64,000 nucleotides of DNA from Eledone cirrhosa (taxonomy: Eukaryota): positions 169,694,001-169,758,000 of the forward strand of contig OZ024740.1 of assembly GCA_964016885.1 (NCBI GenBank), written 5' to 3'. The position numbers were made by a program, and so were the translations under genes. Shown piece after piece: positions 18,316 to 34,594 of this stretch. Under the pieces are notes generated by a model, which was not told the DNA's origin, made no database searches, and saw only the letters and a list, made by a program, of their open reading frames with translations. Position 1 is the first letter of the stretch. The number at the start of each line of letters is the position of its first letter.

Positions 18316-19544
18316 ATATAACTTTTTATTTTCCGAAATTGGTCACGTAAATAGAACTATGAATGAAAATATTTCTTGAAAAAAAAAAAAAAGCATTATC
18401 TTTTAAAAGGAAATACTTCTAGTTATTCAATCACTTGTGCAAGAATGAATAACAGTTTCATTCTATTCTAGATTTTGCAGTATTCGAAAAATAACCGAAA
18501 ATAGATCATAGAGTTTCGAAGTGTAAAAATGAGTGATGCTTCAATGCTTTCTACAATTCAATCAGTTTTACAAGTGTAGGTTTCACAAGTGATTCTTTTT
18601 TCCAAAAAGAGACACGCCATGATAGACTATCTGAGGCCGAGAAACTGTAGAGTGTGAAATAAAAAAAAATAAAAATAAAGTATAAAATGTCTGCTATCTT
18701 GTCACTGTAATACACAGGAGTCTTAATGTTGAGATATAACTCCAGTGACTTGAATGCTCATAGCGATTTGTTAAACGAAATAAACATGTACACCACAATA
18801 ATAAATAAATATAATAGAAATGTAATCCCAATGTCGGTCACATTGTTCTACTCTAGCAACAAAACAATTAATGCACCATCAAGAGAGCTACTTCATAATC
18901 ACTTCTTTTGCTTGAATGTTCTTTGCTACTAAATCTCACTAAATGAATACATTTACACCTCTAAAATGGAGACCATATGTTTAACGTGTTAAAGATTTTG
19001 ACAATGATCAACAATAATTCGGCTGGAAAATATTACGACTGAAGTGTTTCTACCATTGGCTAAATCTATGGAACAGAGCTACATTAGAATTATTCTAGAA
19101 AAACCATTACTTCAGCAATAAAACAACAAATATAGCCAACAGAGCATCATCAACAGCGAAGGTGGTATGAACAGCAGACATTCAAGAAATAACAGTCACA
19201 TATCCAGCACATTCAACACGATTGTATTGTATAATACGGATGTATTAGATAAATCAGAATTAGATACACTAATTGTTAATAAATCACAACTTAATATCTT
19301 AAAAACGAAGGACATATTCTACAAAACGCTCCAAGATTTAGAGTGTGAGCAAGAGCATGATGCCTGAGATACTTAATGATGGAAAATGTTTCTGATTATT
19401 TAAAAGAGGCACTCCTAATGATGCTTTACTTACGAATGAAACAGTTATCGTCCTGTAGAAGTCATTTCTATAATAATATGAATATATATATAATCATTTA
19501 TGTACTAAATAATTATTTATTTTTTAAATAACGATATATAATAA

Positions 19545-19726
19545 TTATTTCTACTATTGGCACAAGGCCAGCAATTATTCCAGTGTATTACTGGTTCTAT
19601 ATTTAATCGACCCCATAAGGATGAAAGGCAAAGTTAACCTCGGCGGGATTTGAACTCAGACCATAAAGGACCGTAACTCTTTGCTGCAAAGCATGGTGTC
19701 CGACCCTCTACTGATACTGCCAAACC
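19545..19726 (-). mobile_element. MetaSINE-like tRNA SINE
   Basis: Reverse-complement copy of the 4929-5118 family (tcgaccccataaggatgaaaggcaaagttaacctcggcgggatttgaactc). Confidence 0.8.
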
Positions 19727-20475
19727 ATATAATAATGGCTTATAATATACTACAATACATTATATTTATAACAACATTCATAATATTAAAATATATGCGA
19801 AAAAAATATATCCGCTCGTATATGTAAATACAGTGTATATTTCATTCACATATTATATTGTAATTGCTTTAATGAATTAATAGTTTATAATTTAATACAA
19901 TACATTATAATTCTCATCTAAATATTATAAATACATCCTTAAAATATATGTTAAAAAATTAAATAAATAAATAATTATAATTATGTCATTCTTTCTAAAC
20001 CCATGTATATATATTTAGGTGTATATATATGTATATTTCTATAACTAATTCTAAAATAACTATACAATAATTTTTCATCTTATAATAGCAAACACTTAAA
20101 AAAAATTTCAATAGGTATTTAAAATTTATCTAGCGTCTAAACTTTTTTCAGTTTTAACGTTATCCTCATTAGCATATTTCCCTTGAGTGTTGAACCTATC
20201 TATTAACTAACTTCACTGGACTTATACCATTAAGTTCACATGAAGATATGTCACTATCTAAACGCAAATTATTATATTTTATCTAACGAAAGCGAACTTA
20301 AATATTAGTAGCCTTGAAATACGTATAATAAAATAAATATGGTTTTATAAAGATATTTTCCATTTATTAATATTATTAAAATTAATGATACTCCAGACAA
20401 ACCTGTTGAGTGCTTCAATCTGTTGTAAAATTAACTTTGCTGTATAATCAACAAACCATATAACTCATTGTTTAT

Positions 20476-20530
<55 letters not shown>

Positions 20531-20531
20531 A

Positions 20532-20590
<59 letters not shown>

Positions 20591-20593
20591 TAC

Positions 20594-20630
<37 letters not shown>

Positions 20631-20723
20631 TTGCGAGGTTTTGCGAAAACCAACCAAACAGTGAGTGTGTTCTGTTATTAATTCTAGCAATATTATTACA
20701 ACAATACGACCCTCCCCAAGTCT

Positions 20724-20798
<75 letters not shown>

Positions 20799-21102
20799 CA
20801 TATATATATATGGGATAACTAGTTATCGTTATAGGTAATCCAGTTAGAGGTTGTTAGTACTCAGGCGTTGTGGATAGTTTTAACGCACGGCTTTGTTTGA
20901 CTCAACAAGATGCTTCCACAGTTATGCAGTGAGTTCGCGGTAATTTCTATGCAGGTTGTACTTGTAGTAATAATAGTTAAAGAATGAAGAGTAACATGGT
21001 TGACTGTACAATAATGGCATTATATTTAAAGTACTGACAATTGTTTCGTGGACAATTATATATATATATTATTATTATTATATATGTTTGTATGTATATA
21101 TA

Positions 21103-21179
<77 letters not shown>

Positions 21180-21203
21180 GTATATATATATATATCTATA
21201 TAT

Positions 21204-21997
21204 CTAAGCGCTCATATATTCACCTAGCTTATGCTAACAGAATAACTATGTAGCTTGTTCCCTTCCTCTCTACGGTTAGCTCTCCTCTTTGTTGTTATCT
21301 TGTCTCACTCGCTTTACGCGTTTTAATTGTCCTAATAACTTAATTTAGTTATTATTGCACCGACGTGAGGTATATGATTTTTAATGCAATGAAATATCTA
21401 TGATCGTCGGCAAATCACTGATGAGGGACTCATTTTATTACATGTTATCCATGTGCAACCTGCAGTATTCTTCTCCCCATTTTTTCACATATATTTACCT
21501 AAACTGCGATTCTGTTTTTTCTCTCTCTCTCTCTCTTACTGCTCCCTCGTTCTCTCTGTTTCTCCTACTTTCTTTCGCCCCCTCTGTCATGTCAGTTAAC
21601 TCTTCCTCACACTTCCACTCACTCACTCACTGTTTCTCCCCTTCTCACTTCACCCCGTTTGCGACGAAAACATTTTCTCTCTTTCTCACATTTGGATTCA
21701 TCTCGAAAGGTCTTTTTTCTAAGCGCTCATATATTCACCTAGCTAATGCTAACAGAATAACTATGTAGCTTGTTCCCTTCCTCTCTACGGTTAGCTCTCC
21801 TCTTTGTTGTTATCTTGTCTCACTCGCTTTACGCGTTTTAATTGTCCTAATAACTTAATTTAGTTATTATTGCACCGACATGAGGTATATGATTTTTAAT
21901 GCAATGAAATATCTATGATCGTCGGCAAATCACTGATGAGGGAGTCATTTTATTACATGTTATCCATGTGCAACCTGCAGTATTCTTCTGCCCATTT

Positions 21998-22003
<6 letters not shown>
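21204..22003 (+). repeat. Partial tandem duplication (period 515 bp) between (TA)n tracts, pLTR-like
   Basis: 21204-~21490 is repeated near-identically at 21719-~22003. Each copy contains GAAA tatc TA tgat...atca CTGATGA. Confidence 0.8.
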
Positions 22004-22070
<67 letters not shown>

Positions 22071-22231
22071 TAAAAGGAAACGAAAATGCTGACAAATTGT
22101 TCCCAGTGAAAAATAGTTTAATTAGTAATAAGTATTGGTTAGTATTCAGTTTTGGTTTTAAGTTTTTACCGGTTGCGCATTTCTAATGCTTTTCAAAAAT
22201 AATTTTGAGATAGAGCGCACGTGATGTTTGC

Positions 22232-22278
<47 letters not shown>

Positions 22279-22289
22279 CATATATACAC

Positions 22290-23506
22290 ACATATATAGA
22301 TACTAGCAGCAGTATCCAGCGTTGCCTGGGTAGGTTAAATAATATCTGCTTTGATGAAAAGGTGTTGATCTTAGCGACTGCTTCTCGATGACTCATCTAT
22401 GGCCACACACAGGCCATGCGGGGGGGGGGGGGTGATGACCTCTATCACTGAGAAACGCGGGTGACTGACGAAGGGGCATGCTGGGGATATGGAGGTAATG
22501 ACCTCTAACACTAAGCCAAATTTCCTCACGCTACTTGATTGGAAACCGATGAATTCTCAAATACACAACTAAAAGCTCAGACGACGTCAGTGGCCATCGT
22601 TTTGCCTTTGATAAGATGTGCAATGATAGTTTCTATCGTAGTATAAAAGTTGAACCAAATAAATTGATTTATGTGTGAGGTGGAGCCGAAGTTTCGAATT
22701 TGAACGAAATCGGCTGAAAAATGTGGGAGCTAATGATAGGTCGCCGTCCCTGAACAAAAAATGAAAAGTGTAAAGCTACTATAAGATGTACAATGATAGG
22801 TTCTATCGGAGTATAAAAGTTGAACGAAATAAATTGATTTATGTGTGAGGTGGAGCCGAAGTTTCGAATTTGAACGAAATCGGCTGAAAAATGTGGGAGC
22901 TAATGATAGGTTCTATCGTAGTATAAAAGTTGAACCAAATAAATTGATTTATGTGTGAGGTGTGGCCGAAGTTTCGAATTTGAACGAAATCGTTTGAAGA
23001 ATGTGGGAGCTAGAGCCGAAAAGGCGGAAATTTGAGCGAAAATGTTTTATTTTCGAATATTTAAGCCGCTGCCACGCCGTTCTTGAACATTAAATCCAAA
23101 ATGTAAACCCACTTTAAGATCTAGCGTAGTGTAAAATTTGAACAAAGTAGGTTGATTAATGTGGGAACTAGAGCCGAAAAAAGAAATTTGAGTCTAAAAG
23201 TGGTATTTTTGAATATTTAAGCGGCTGTCACGCCGTCCCTGAACAACAAATACAACATATGAAGAGATTACAGGATGTGCAATGATAAATTCGATTTTGC
23301 TTTAAAATTTGAACGAAATCGGTGGCAAAATGTGGGAGCTAGAGCCAAAAATCTTATTTTTCGATACCTACAAAAAGGTGACCCCCTTTATCGATTTTTA
23401 TCTGCAGAATGACCCCTGAATAAAAGAAATGATACGCTGATACATAGAAAACACTCCCTGGTGACTAATCTATGAGCCTGTAAAGTTTAATGAAAATCGG
23501 TCGTAA

Positions 23507-23510
<4 letters not shown>
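22290..23510 (+). mobile_element. Non-autonomous Helentron/DINE-1-like element with internal ~110-170-bp tandem repeats
   Basis: Start atactagcagcagtatccagcgttgcctggg resembles ACTAG...CCCGGCGTTGCCCGG subterminal ends. The block aatgatag.ttctatcg.agtataaaagttgaac...aatgtgggagct recurs at about 22621, 22791 and 22902, with decayed copies to about 23345. End aaagtttaatgaaaatcggtcg; inserted in (TA)n. Confidence 0.55.
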
Positions 23511-23561
<51 letters not shown>

Positions 23562-24224
23562 ACGCGTGTGGGTTGGATAGAACACCCTACAGAATGCTGG
23601 GAAATACACATTGAGGCATTTGGTATTTTTCCATTACACCATGAGTGAATGTTCTGCTCAGGTAAACTTTAAAGTTCATCCTCACAATGTTGCTAAAATA
23701 TGTATCAATCAGCTATTGAGGCACATTTAAACGAACATTAAGGCGATACCATAACACATCTGCGAAAAACTGAACGACATATTGAATAGTCTAATTTGAA
23801 ACTATATGGACAGATCATGGCTAAAATGCATTTGAGGCTTCATATTGTCATTGCTGTGCATTTGTTTGTACTTTCAATTGGAAATGCAGGCCTGGACCAT
23901 ACTTTGGTGTAAGACAAGTTGTCGTTCATGCCTATAAACTTTCATTATCTGTGCCACGGATGATGTCGAAAAAAAGTTAAAGGCCAGTTAAAGGCCAATA
24001 TAGCTTTGAATCTGTGACGTCAAATGTGGAGTCAATACAGAGAGACGCTTCGTGTACGACATTAAAAATGTCCTGAATCTAGTGCTCTGGATTATAAATT
24101 TTATCTACCGGCTTCGAAAGGGGGAAAAGCAAAGTTTACGCCAGTTGTATTTAAACTCGAGCTGCAGCGAATCGGATCAAATACCTTAAGAACTTTACCA
24201 ATAGTAGGGCTAAATAATAAAAAT

Positions 24225-24725
24225 AATTATTTCTACCTGTGGCACAAGGCCAGCAATTACCCAGTGCATTACTGGTACTTTATTGTATCGACCCCATAAG
24301 GATGAAAGACAAAGTTTATCTCGACGGGATTTGAACTCAGAATGGCAAGGGCCGTAACTCTATGCGTCAAAGCATGGCATCCGACCCCTGATACTGCCAA
24401 TTCACCGCCCTTTAATAAATAATAAAAATAATTGTTTCTACTTTTGGCACAAGGCCAGCAAATACCCAGTACATTACTGGTACTTTATTTTATCGACCTC
24501 GTAAGGATGAAAGGAAAAGTTAACCTCGGCGGGATTAATAAATAATAAAAATAATTGTTTCTACTTTAGGCACAAGGCCAGCAATTACCCAGTACATTAC
24601 TGGTACTTTATTTTATCGACCCCGTAAGGATGAAAGGCAAAGTGAGCCTCGGCGGGATTTGAACTCAGACTGTAAAGGGACGTAACTATGCTAGAAATCT
24701 ACCGATACTGCCAATCCACCGCCCT
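24225..24725 (-). mobile_element. Cluster of three MetaSINE-like copies (full, partial, full)
   Basis: ggcacaaggccagca...actggtactttatt..atcgacc recurs at about 24241, 24446 and 24569. Confidence 0.8.
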
Positions 24726-25599
24726 AAATAATAAAAATAATACCAGAAAAACAGCAGTAACATTTGTGTCAATATCAAGAAATCAATTTTTGCTCTCAGA
24801 AACCGTGGACTTATGATAAATGAAATTTACCCGAGTGTCTAAACACAGAATAAAACAAAAACCCAAAACAAGAACAAAATACTACAAAATCCCCCGTATT
24901 TTCATTTGAAATCCTACCAGATACGTATTTGTGAGTTGGGGACAATGGAAAAGTGGTGTAGTTTGGATTTTCACAGAACAAAACAAAAAGAAGCCTCATT
25001 CATTATTCATTTCAATGTACTGTGATGGTTGAATGGAAAATCATTTAATTACAAATTTAGTCTTCTGTTAACGTTTAGATATCTTAAATTAGAAGGAAGA
25101 CAACGTGTGAGACCCGCACACACTGATACATACACAGACACATACTCTCACACAAATATAGAATAAATGGTAGGGGTAAATGTTTGGTAGGAGTAAAGGA
25201 AATGAAACAATGTGTATGCGTGTGTAGAAAACCCGGAAAAAATTACTATATATAAACGTAAATGTATACCTATGTTAACATAGTAAAAGACGAGAGAGAG
25301 TGACAAAAGGAGTGCCAGAAAAAAGAGAGACGGGGACAGAAATAGTAAAGAGAAATAAATAAATTAAAACAGAGAAATACATAAAAGAGAAAGAGAAGAG
25401 ATGAGCGCGAAATCGAATAAGAGCGTGCGTGGTAGAGAGAGAAATATATATATATATATATTTTTCCTGTGATTTTCATCGAAAAGTTTTGAATGCATCT
25501 TCTCTTTTCATGATATTTGGATTACATTGAGTTCTTCATACGGATTGGACACTACCGTATATTTTGGCAGATTTATCTGCATATATATATATATATATA

Positions 25600-25724
25600 T
25601 AGGAACAAGTATGACCCCGACGGCAGAGCTCAAGCCGTTTCGACGGCTAATTCTGGACTCTGGCGTCCAGAATTAGCCGTCGAAACGGCTTGAGCTCTGC
25701 CGTCGGGGTCATACTTGTTCCTAT
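25600..25724. repeat. Perfect GC-richer palindrome next to (TA)n
   Basis: aggaacaagtatgaccccgacggcagagctcaagccgtttcgacggctaattctggac, a 6-nt loop tctggc, then the exact reverse complement. A related end sequence lies at about 36845-36880. Confidence 0.9.
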
Positions 25725-25827
25725 TACCCACTCTACTACCCTAAGTATTGAGTACTTTGGTGCGTTATGGTCCATCTGGTTCCTTACCAGATTTCCTTCG
25801 TTATATATATATATATATATATATATT

Positions 25828-25866
<39 letters not shown>

Positions 25867-26947
25867 TGAGTGAGTGAGAAAGAGAAAGAGAAAAAGCGAT
25901 AGTGCTAGAGTAGGAATAAAATCGGGCCGATAAAGAGGAGCACAAAGAGAAAAGGAGGTAGTGAGAGTGAGATAAGGAAGAAAATAATGCCTGTGTGCGT
26001 CATAAAGCACAGGAAAATTGGGGTAACTCAGAGAAATAAGGAAAATATGCTGAGATGATATTTGTTTCTCTCCGATGTCTGGTTATTTACATTTGAAAAC
26101 CCTTGACACAAAAGAAAATAATAGACATATGGTTGTAAAGTTTTCTTTGGGAACATACTGGGGATATTACTGATTACAACCATTCCAGTACTTCACTCGT
26201 GCTATATTATACATCTAAGAAGAACGAAGGACAACGTCAATTTAAAGTCAGAACCATTTGAACACAGGACGACTAGTAGGTATTTAAATGCAACCAGGTA
26301 TTTCACATCCTTGTTCTAAAGTTCCTGCAAACCCCACTACTTCTTAAGAATGATATTATTTGTTAATATAAGCAAGGAAAGTTAGTAGGATTCGAACTGA
26401 GAGCGTGAGTCGTAAATAGATGTAACTAAATTCGGAGGGATTTTTTTCCTGACGCTCTAATGAATCTACGAATCCATCGCCTCCTAAGTTAGAACAAATA
26501 TGAAGAGAAACAATAACGAACATTACTAATAATAAATGAAAATGACCACGTAATTACGTGACACTATGTACACAATCTCTATGCGGAACTACATGATTGA
26601 ACATTAAAATCCTAACTACATAACCATGCTTGATGAACAAAAAATAATGTTCTTAATTATAGATTAAGTATGATTTGATGTTGCCCATGATACTTCTGGA
26701 CCAATAAATATGAACGGGGGATAATATAATGGACTATAGTCTCCTGCATGATATGTAGGATGAGTCCATATTAGAAAAATATATTAATATATAAACAAAA
26801 GTATTAATATTAAACTAACATTCAAATTTATATACCTAATTTCAAATATTAAAATAACGATACACATTCAAATTATCCAATAAAATAAACAAAGCTGAAA
26901 ACAATAACAACCAAACAAAGAATGCGGACTATTTAATATTTACTCAC

Positions 26948-27058
26948 CTTTAAACCATGTAATAGAACCGATCGGGTATCCTGAGACATAACATTTCATA
27001 ATTAATGGCCGGTTTGCTGTAGCTGTGATATTTTGTAACACACGGACATATGGAACAC
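26948..27058 (-). CDS. Dscam: Dscam exon, Ig6 N-terminal half
   Basis: Acceptor ttttatcttataaag, donor gtgagt, 111 nt, phase 1/1. Translates GVPYVRVLQNITATANRPLIMKCYVSGYPIGSITWFKG (Dscam Ig6: G.PY.R.......AG.....C.V.GYPI.SI.W). Confidence 0.9.
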
Positions 27059-27145
27059 CTTTATAAGATAAAATAGAAATGTTTAATGCGAATGAGAAAG
27101 CTACTGATTCTATGTAAAATACAGTGTCATCTTGCCTGGCCAACT

Positions 27146-27198
<53 letters not shown>

Positions 27199-27799
27199 AT
27201 ATATATATATATATACAAAGAATGTACACACAGCAACAACATATCGGTGGTAAAATCATACCTAGAAGAGAACGTAGATTCACTCTACAATCGAAACCTT
27301 GGGTAAAGAAATCCACCGAAGAAAACACACATTAATTAACAACAGATATTGAGACAACAGATATTTTGATACACAATTAACATTTAACGCTTACAAAATA
27401 AATGAAATACTTGTTATGAAAGAGACAAACACAACAAAAGTACTCTTGAAACATAACACGAAATTCATCATAGTAAACAATAAGCCATTAATAATATACT
27501 GCAGGCACATTAAAACCAAAGCCTCAAGAAAATAAGCTATAAATATCATTGTCATTTGATTAATGTGATTAGTAAATTTGATTGTATAAATGAAAGTTGT
27601 AATGTTCATTACTCTAACTGTTACATTACCCAAGCAATTGTAAAATTCCATTATAGGCTCACCATGTGCGTACATAAACAAAGTTAGATAAGAAAATACT
27701 AGTGGCCGATACATCAATAAAATGTAAAATTCTCCCTCATCCCACAAAAAAATAGTTGATTGATTATGGAAGCACTGCTCTTAAACAACAGATTGCTAA

Positions 27800-28475
27800 G
27801 ATAAACATACATACAACATAAACATGGCATAAACAGTATAATTGCAAATACTGGGAACACCAGAACTCACATCCCCTTAACTCATGAGGTGTTTCTGTGT
27901 GGTATGGAGCGTTTGGAGGTATTGGAAAATTAGTTTTCGAAAGCAAAGATACTGGTCGCCTGTTCTCGATTTGTTGCAGGAATAAATCCTTCCACGTATT
28001 TGAGAACAACATAGAAATGATTTTTATTTTCAACGGGATTAAACTCATTCCCACTACTATAGGGATGTGAGGTCCTACATTTCACGCTAATCTGCCTAAT
28101 ACATGAATTAGGTGAAAAGGCAGCGTTGAATTCCCTTCCGCATTCGCCAGACTTCCCGCTTCTGGACCTTCTTTTATGGGGGTATGTAAAAGACTGTGTA
28201 TAGGACAAGACCTGTAACAATCGTTGATTTGGGGGTAGTAACTGAGAGCAAAAGCGTTCAAATACCAAATGAAATGATTCGCGATGTCATCGGTTCCATC
28301 CGTCTGCATTATCAGCAATGCCTTGTATAGAATTGTAAATATTTGGGATATCTGTAATTAAATCAACACATTCTAATCCTGTCTACTTTGTCTTGAATAG
28401 TAAAACTGGTAATATTCTCTATAAACATTGATTTGATCACCATTCAAAATGTGTATACATTTTTCGAGGCCATCC

Positions 28476-28479
<4 letters not shown>
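27800..28479 (+). mobile_element. Decayed Tc1/mariner-superfamily transposase fragment with right end
   Basis: About 28130-28200 reads, with a frameshift, FP..SPDFPLLDLLLWGYVKDCVY, cf. WPP.SPDL.PLDF.LWG.VK..VY. Ends tgtatacatttttcgaggccatcctg before (TA)n. Left boundary unclear. Confidence 0.7.
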
Positions 28480-28528
<49 letters not shown>

Positions 28529-28601
28529 CAAAGAGTTATTTAATTTGTTGGTTATTCAACAAATTTATTTATAACAGATTCGAGGCATTGTACAACTTTT
28601 G

Positions 28602-28664
28602 TATTTTATCTGATGAGTGCGTACCAAAACCTTTTGGTACCCTTGAAATATATATGATAAAATA
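28602..28664 (+). ncRNA. Type I hammerhead, probably inactivated (G at the cleavage position)
   Basis: tattttat CTGATGA gtgcgtaccaaaa cc ttttggtaccctt GAAA tatata TG ataaaata. Same family as 51822-51887 and the decayed copy at about 20275-20335. Confidence 0.6.
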
Positions 28665-28707
28665 AATATGGTTTTATAAAGATAGTTTCCATTTATTAAT
28701 ATTATTG

Positions 28708-28766
<59 letters not shown>

Positions 28767-29057
28767 CAGGGAAACGCTCGCAATAGAAATGACTCATTTA
28801 AAGGTATTCATGGAGTGATAGTCATTTAAACAGACCTCCATTGAGTACTTAAAGATTCCGCGTAGTTTCTGTTTACGAAATTTTATTCGCGAATTGCTCA
28901 AGATAGATACCGAACTCATTAACCACACTCATTAACCACACTCATTAACCACACTCATTAACAATTTGCCTCAAATTATGTCCCTGTTACTCTGGCTGGG
29001 GAATTAAAACTCTACAAAGAAATGAGGAAAAAATCAATGAAGTGAATCTGTACTAAC

Positions 29058-29354
29058 CATAAACGTTAGCTCTTGCCATGTGAGTAATTTCTCCAATATT
29101 ATTCGATCCAATGCACCGGTATTCTCCACCCGTTTGAACCTGAATATTCGATATGTGTAAAGTGCTGACTACGTCTGCCTGTTCTGTTGCATATGTCTTG
29201 ATACTTGCTATTTCAGAGGAATCAATTAGTTCATCGTCTAATTCCCAGTGGATTGTCGGGGTCGGGTTTCCAGACACGCTACATTTAAAGGTGACATTGG
29301 AGCCAGGCTGGAGCAAAACACCGTCAAATGTTTCCAGGAAGGCTGGATGTGCAG
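29058..29354 (-). CDS. Dscam: Dscam exon, Ig5
   Basis: Acceptor tttcttctcccag, donor gttagt, 297 nt, phase 1/1. Translates AAHPAFLETFDGVLLQPGSNVTFKCSVSGNPTPTIHWELD...DVVSTLHISNIQVQTGGEYRCIGSNNIGEITHMARANVY, the diagnostic Dscam Ig5 (GNPTP.I.WELD, DVVS.L.I, H.A..NVYG). Confidence 0.94.
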
Positions 29355-29913
29355 CTGGGAGAAGAAATATTTATATATATGAGGGAAGTGAGAGAGAGTG
29401 AAACAAACACAAAGATCATAGGTAAACAAATTTAAATATATGCATATGCATACTCACACAATTGTGCACATTCACACATGAACATATTATATATTACACA
29501 CATGTGCATATTATATATTACACACAACGTACATTTTATTGTAATGTTGTATAAGGAATGAATATCCTTATGTAAAGGAGAATATAACGATGAAATGGAA
29601 ATAACCGAATAAATGCCTGTAGTAATCTTAAGGTTAGAGTTAGAAATACTTTTGCTTCAATTAGCTTTTAGAGACATATTTGCAAGCTAAGAATTTCGAA
29701 GCGTATCTGAAGAAACTATTACATCTCTAAATATTCTCCCAATCCGTTACCATCTTAAAATAATATGCATAATTTCTCACATAAACATATGAACGAAAAC
29801 TACATTGCATATATGGAATAGAATGGTCGACGACAAATCACTGAAATTCAAATACCTCAGATCTCAGTCAGGCAAAAAACACACGCAATCTCTAACACAA
29901 ATATACACACACA

Positions 29914-29974
<61 letters not shown>

Positions 29975-30212
29975 AATGCTTTTCTATATCTTCTTCGGAA
30001 AATATATTTACTCCATTCCAGAAACTAATTAGTTGAAAGTGATATTTTAGTAAGTAAGTTAATTTTATAATTTTCTTATTTTACGTTTCTCATATTATTG
30101 TTCTGCAACCCCATGCATTGAACCACAATGTTACTAAGACAAAACCTATATATCTGCTAGCATTGATATGCATCTGTATGTATATATATGTTACTAGATA
30201 TAAATTCTTTAT

Positions 30213-30316
<104 letters not shown>

Positions 30317-30918
30317 ATGAGTACACATGAGTAGGTGCGTTTGTAAGCCGCAGTTTTTAATTCCTTCTTGGAAGCTTCCCCGAAGGAGTATATTTCATCC
30401 TAGGAAAATCCTTCACCTTTAGTAATTACATAATACCAGGAGTAAGACGTCACATATGTTCAACAAACTATTTTAAAATGATATTTAACAAATAGTGTCT
30501 CATATATGTTAATGCATTTCAAGACAAGTGAAAACATTCTTGAAAATGTAAAAGACATAAATCATGATTGCATACAATGAACTATATGTAACTCGATCGT
30601 AGATATGCCGCGAAAATTTCGAACATTATAAATGATAGAGTGGAGTGGGTGCATTGACGATGAGTTTGTATATATACCAATTTTTAAAACTAAGTTTTAC
30701 TTTACCATATTTTGATCTTCGTCATGATTTCAAAATACAAAATAAAGATTAAAACCTGAAATGCCAGAATATATTTATGGAAAACTTTACATTCGATACA
30801 CCAGCATGTTCCACCAATACCGAAAGAACTCTTTGAAACAAACACAAAGACTAAGCTAATACAGTCACCATGTTTCGAAGATAAACAGACAGAAAGTTGT
30901 AAAAAAATGTAAAGATAC

Positions 30919-31188
30919 CTCCAAGAATTAGTTCACCAGAGGCCTGCGCCATATCTACATCGTTTCCTGCTATGCATTGGTACATGCCCTGGTTATTTCT
31001 ATTCACAAATGGAAGTTGTAGCTTGTTACCAGCAATGATGTGAGCTTTACTACTGTTGGTGATGGGCTCTCCGTTATGGTACCACGTAATTTCCGTGATT
31101 GGCGAACCCCGCACAGAACAGTTGAATATAGCTACGTGATCTGCATCAATGATTTGGTTGGATGGATATAGAGTTGCGGTGAGAGGGG
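30919..31188 (-). CDS. Dscam: Dscam exon, Ig4
   Basis: Acceptor ttttatttcag, donor gtatct, 270 nt, phase 1/1. Translates SPLTATLYPSNQIIDADHVAIFNCSVRGSPITEITWYHNG...NQGMYQCIAGNDVDMAQASGELILG, matching the Dscam Ig4 pattern (PL...P..Q..D...A.F.C; GMYQC..N....A.A..EL.LG). Confidence 0.92.
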
Positions 31189-31587
31189 CTGAAATAAAAA
31201 GAAAATTAAAATTGTCACTTTCACCTAATGATTGTTTCTGTTAATACTTTCAACTTGAAGTCAGCCTTGATAGAGCAGACAGACATAACATTGGAGGCGT
31301 CCCAATTGTGACTATCCCGTTCATTCAGCAACAAAGTAGTTAGGACTTCACTATCCGTGTTCAAAGATTTTTCAGTTTCGGATTCTATTTCTAGCAGCCA
31401 CGTAGAAGCTTTCCTCATTGATTCATTAGAATATTAATTGTCATAAAATTTTAGGAATCTCAGCGTGGGCTAGATGTGAATAGCTGATTGCTATGTGCAT
31501 AGCAAAAGGTCAGGTTAAAATATAACCACATTTTGGGCAGAAGAACGGAGAGAGGGAGAGAATGGATGAATGAAATGGGAAATGAGA

Positions 31588-31646
<59 letters not shown>

Positions 31647-32619
31647 CAAAAGCAGGAATGAGATCGATGGAGTAAAATATTTACGAAGAATTGCGAAAGA
31701 TAAAAATAATGGAGAAAGAATGATGAATATTATTCATCACAACGAGTTCTACTTAGAGAAATCTACTTTTAGAGGATTTAATATGCCATCAGGCAACGAA
31801 CAAGTAATGAGCCTCAATGATGATATAAAGATAGTTAACATTAAACAGAAGCATCTAATTGACAGTAAAGTCTAGTTGCTTCTTTCCAAATTAATCCTGA
31901 TCGAGCAGATCAGTGATTAAATATTTTTCAATAGTGACCATACCGTTTCAGTGTTTTCAGGCATAGCATATCAACAGATAAATTAAGGCAGGAATTTATG
32001 CGAGTGATTGCTAATTAGTTATAGCAGGTCAGGTTCCTCGCTGGCTGATTTCCTTGGCAGTTTGTAGATACATCAAGGAATGGCTCAATATTCCGTTGAA
32101 AAACAAACCAACCTATCTCATGGGTTATATGAGGTGAATTCGATTTTTCGTAGAATTATTAATACGAAATGGTTTGTATATTAATATGACCGATCAGATA
32201 TTAGCTTACGTCTACGGTTTTAAAAACGTGGAGCTGATATGTCAAATGTATATTGTTGCTACCTCATCAATCAACGAACACAGAATTTCGACCAACGTAC
32301 TTTTTGTTAACCGACAATTAATCTCTAAATTCAAAAATATCGGTTGTGCTAGTACGGTCGTGTGAATTAATTTATTATTCCTTAGGAAATAATTACACAC
32401 ATTCGATCAAGACAGTGAAAGTTATCCCACAAAAATAGAAAACAAAAGTCCATAGAATAAAAGGAGTGAAACTAAATCTAATTTAGTGATGTAAGAGAGC
32501 AAACACTCTCTCCTTCGAATATTGGAATTGTAGCAAGACAAAGTGATCAGAAGCAACATTTTAGAAAGAAACAATATATTAAGGAAGATGTTTTAGTAAA
32601 AGCAATATATATATATATA

Positions 32620-34548
<1,929 letters not shown>

Positions 34549-34594
34549 TATAGTTTATATATATATATATATAATCCTGTAGAAGCCATTTCTA

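Noticed and set aside
28916-28962. 13-bp tandem repeat ctcattaaccaca (about 3.5 copies) just downstream of the Ig5 donor
   Set aside because: An ordinary local slippage minisatellite with no evidence of function.
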